From Octopus sinensis (lineage: Eukaryota): 64,000 nucleotides of DNA. The first letter of the stretch is position 1. Each line of letters starts with the position of its first letter. The stretch spans positions 60,388,001 through 60,452,000 of the forward strand of contig NC_043003.1 of NCBI RefSeq assembly GCF_006345805.1, written 5' to 3'. Shown here piece after piece: positions 63,001 through 64,000 of this stretch. Both the position numbers and the translations under genes were made by a program. The notes under the pieces were generated by a model. That model had not been told where the DNA came from, ran no database searches, and worked only from the letters and a program-made list of their open reading frames with translations.

Positions 63001-64000
63001 GCGTTCAGTATTAAATCTTTACACAGTCAATTTGTTCTCAAATCAAGATCGTCATTTTAGAAAGGAAGTCTGATCACTTGACATGCCAGTATTTCCTTTC
63101 AAATCAAACATTCTACCATGTAAAACAATAAATACAATTTCAATAATGTAGTCTTAGATATATCTATACTTGATGTGGGCTAAAACGGAGTTATAAGATA
63201 ACAACTTCGACACTTGAATCAATAAAAGGGATGGATATTTATTGCTGATGAAGTTATTGTTCTTGTTTGATGGTCACGGAGTCGCCTTCAGTCTTACAGT
63301 TTGTCACCGTCTGCTGCTAAGCCTACAACCATCATTGATAAGCCGGTAACAGTAGGCTGAAGATGTCATCCACCAACGGATCAACAATGGTTCAATGGAA
63401 TTGAACACCCGAATTTGTAGATTTAGGATCAAATATATTCTCGTTGCTAACTGGTTGTGTTTTTAGAGCGCTGCATATTCTGTTTCGTGCAATTTGATCC
63501 GAAACTCCGCTCCCCAAGTTCAAATTACGCTGAGGTCAACGTTCAGCGTGGGGAAAATGTGGTGAAAATGCAGAATTAACAGAATGCCAGAATGTGTACC
63601 TCCAGGGATATGAGACGTTTTGGTACAGCCTTTCTGGCGTCGCCTATTTAGTTAATAAGATGGTGACTTATTTGACATCAAACGTTCCAATGCTTCACCG
63701 TTTTTGATATTTCTGTCTTTACCTCCTCCCTTCTTTTTCTCTCTCCTTTTGTCTTTCATTATTTTCATCTCTCTATCTCTCTATCTCTCTCTCTCTCTCT
63801 CCATCTCTCTCCCACTCTCTTTCTGTTGCTTGTTTTACTTAATGTTTACTTTTATGTAAGCGTTTTGAATTGATAAATTTTAATATCTCACGCTCGCTCT
63901 GTCAGCCCGTATGTGTAAATTTTTTTGCGCACATAGTGTGTGTGTGAGTGTGTTTGCCTCCAGGACCAAAAAGTAATGTCGCCAAAACAGGTTGGATTTC

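Overview
Eukaryotic, AT-rich, microsatellite-saturated DNA made almost entirely of transposable-element remains. The SINE families resemble octopus (coleoid cephalopod) repeats as I recall them; this species call is an inference and was not searched. I recognise no host protein-coding gene, rRNA, true tRNA or CRISPR array, and most track ORFs are microsatellite translations. The window holds many tRNA-derived SINEs of several families, degenerate LINEs (RTE, CR1-group, R4/Dong), Tc1 and mariner remnants, a hAT MITE with an 8-bp TSD, non-autonomous Helitrons, and about nine Penelope-like element (PLE) insertions of both Neptune/Penelope and Naiad type. Main result: the PLE terminal repeats carry more than a dozen hammerhead-ribozyme motifs with palindromic stem III. 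Several have non-canonical cores: compensated U3:A8 and A3:U8 pairs, an A6U core, and a U4C core plus one extra nucleotide before GAAA that recurs in three unrelated PLE families. One of these also has a strong alternative fold that would hide the catalytic core. Five PLEs carry an inverted terminal repeat, which puts a ribozyme motif on both strands. Other notable items are an RTE fragment with twin-priming geometry, a fold-back mariner family sharing one junction in two copies, and several near-perfect local palindromes. All alignments and folds were done by eye.
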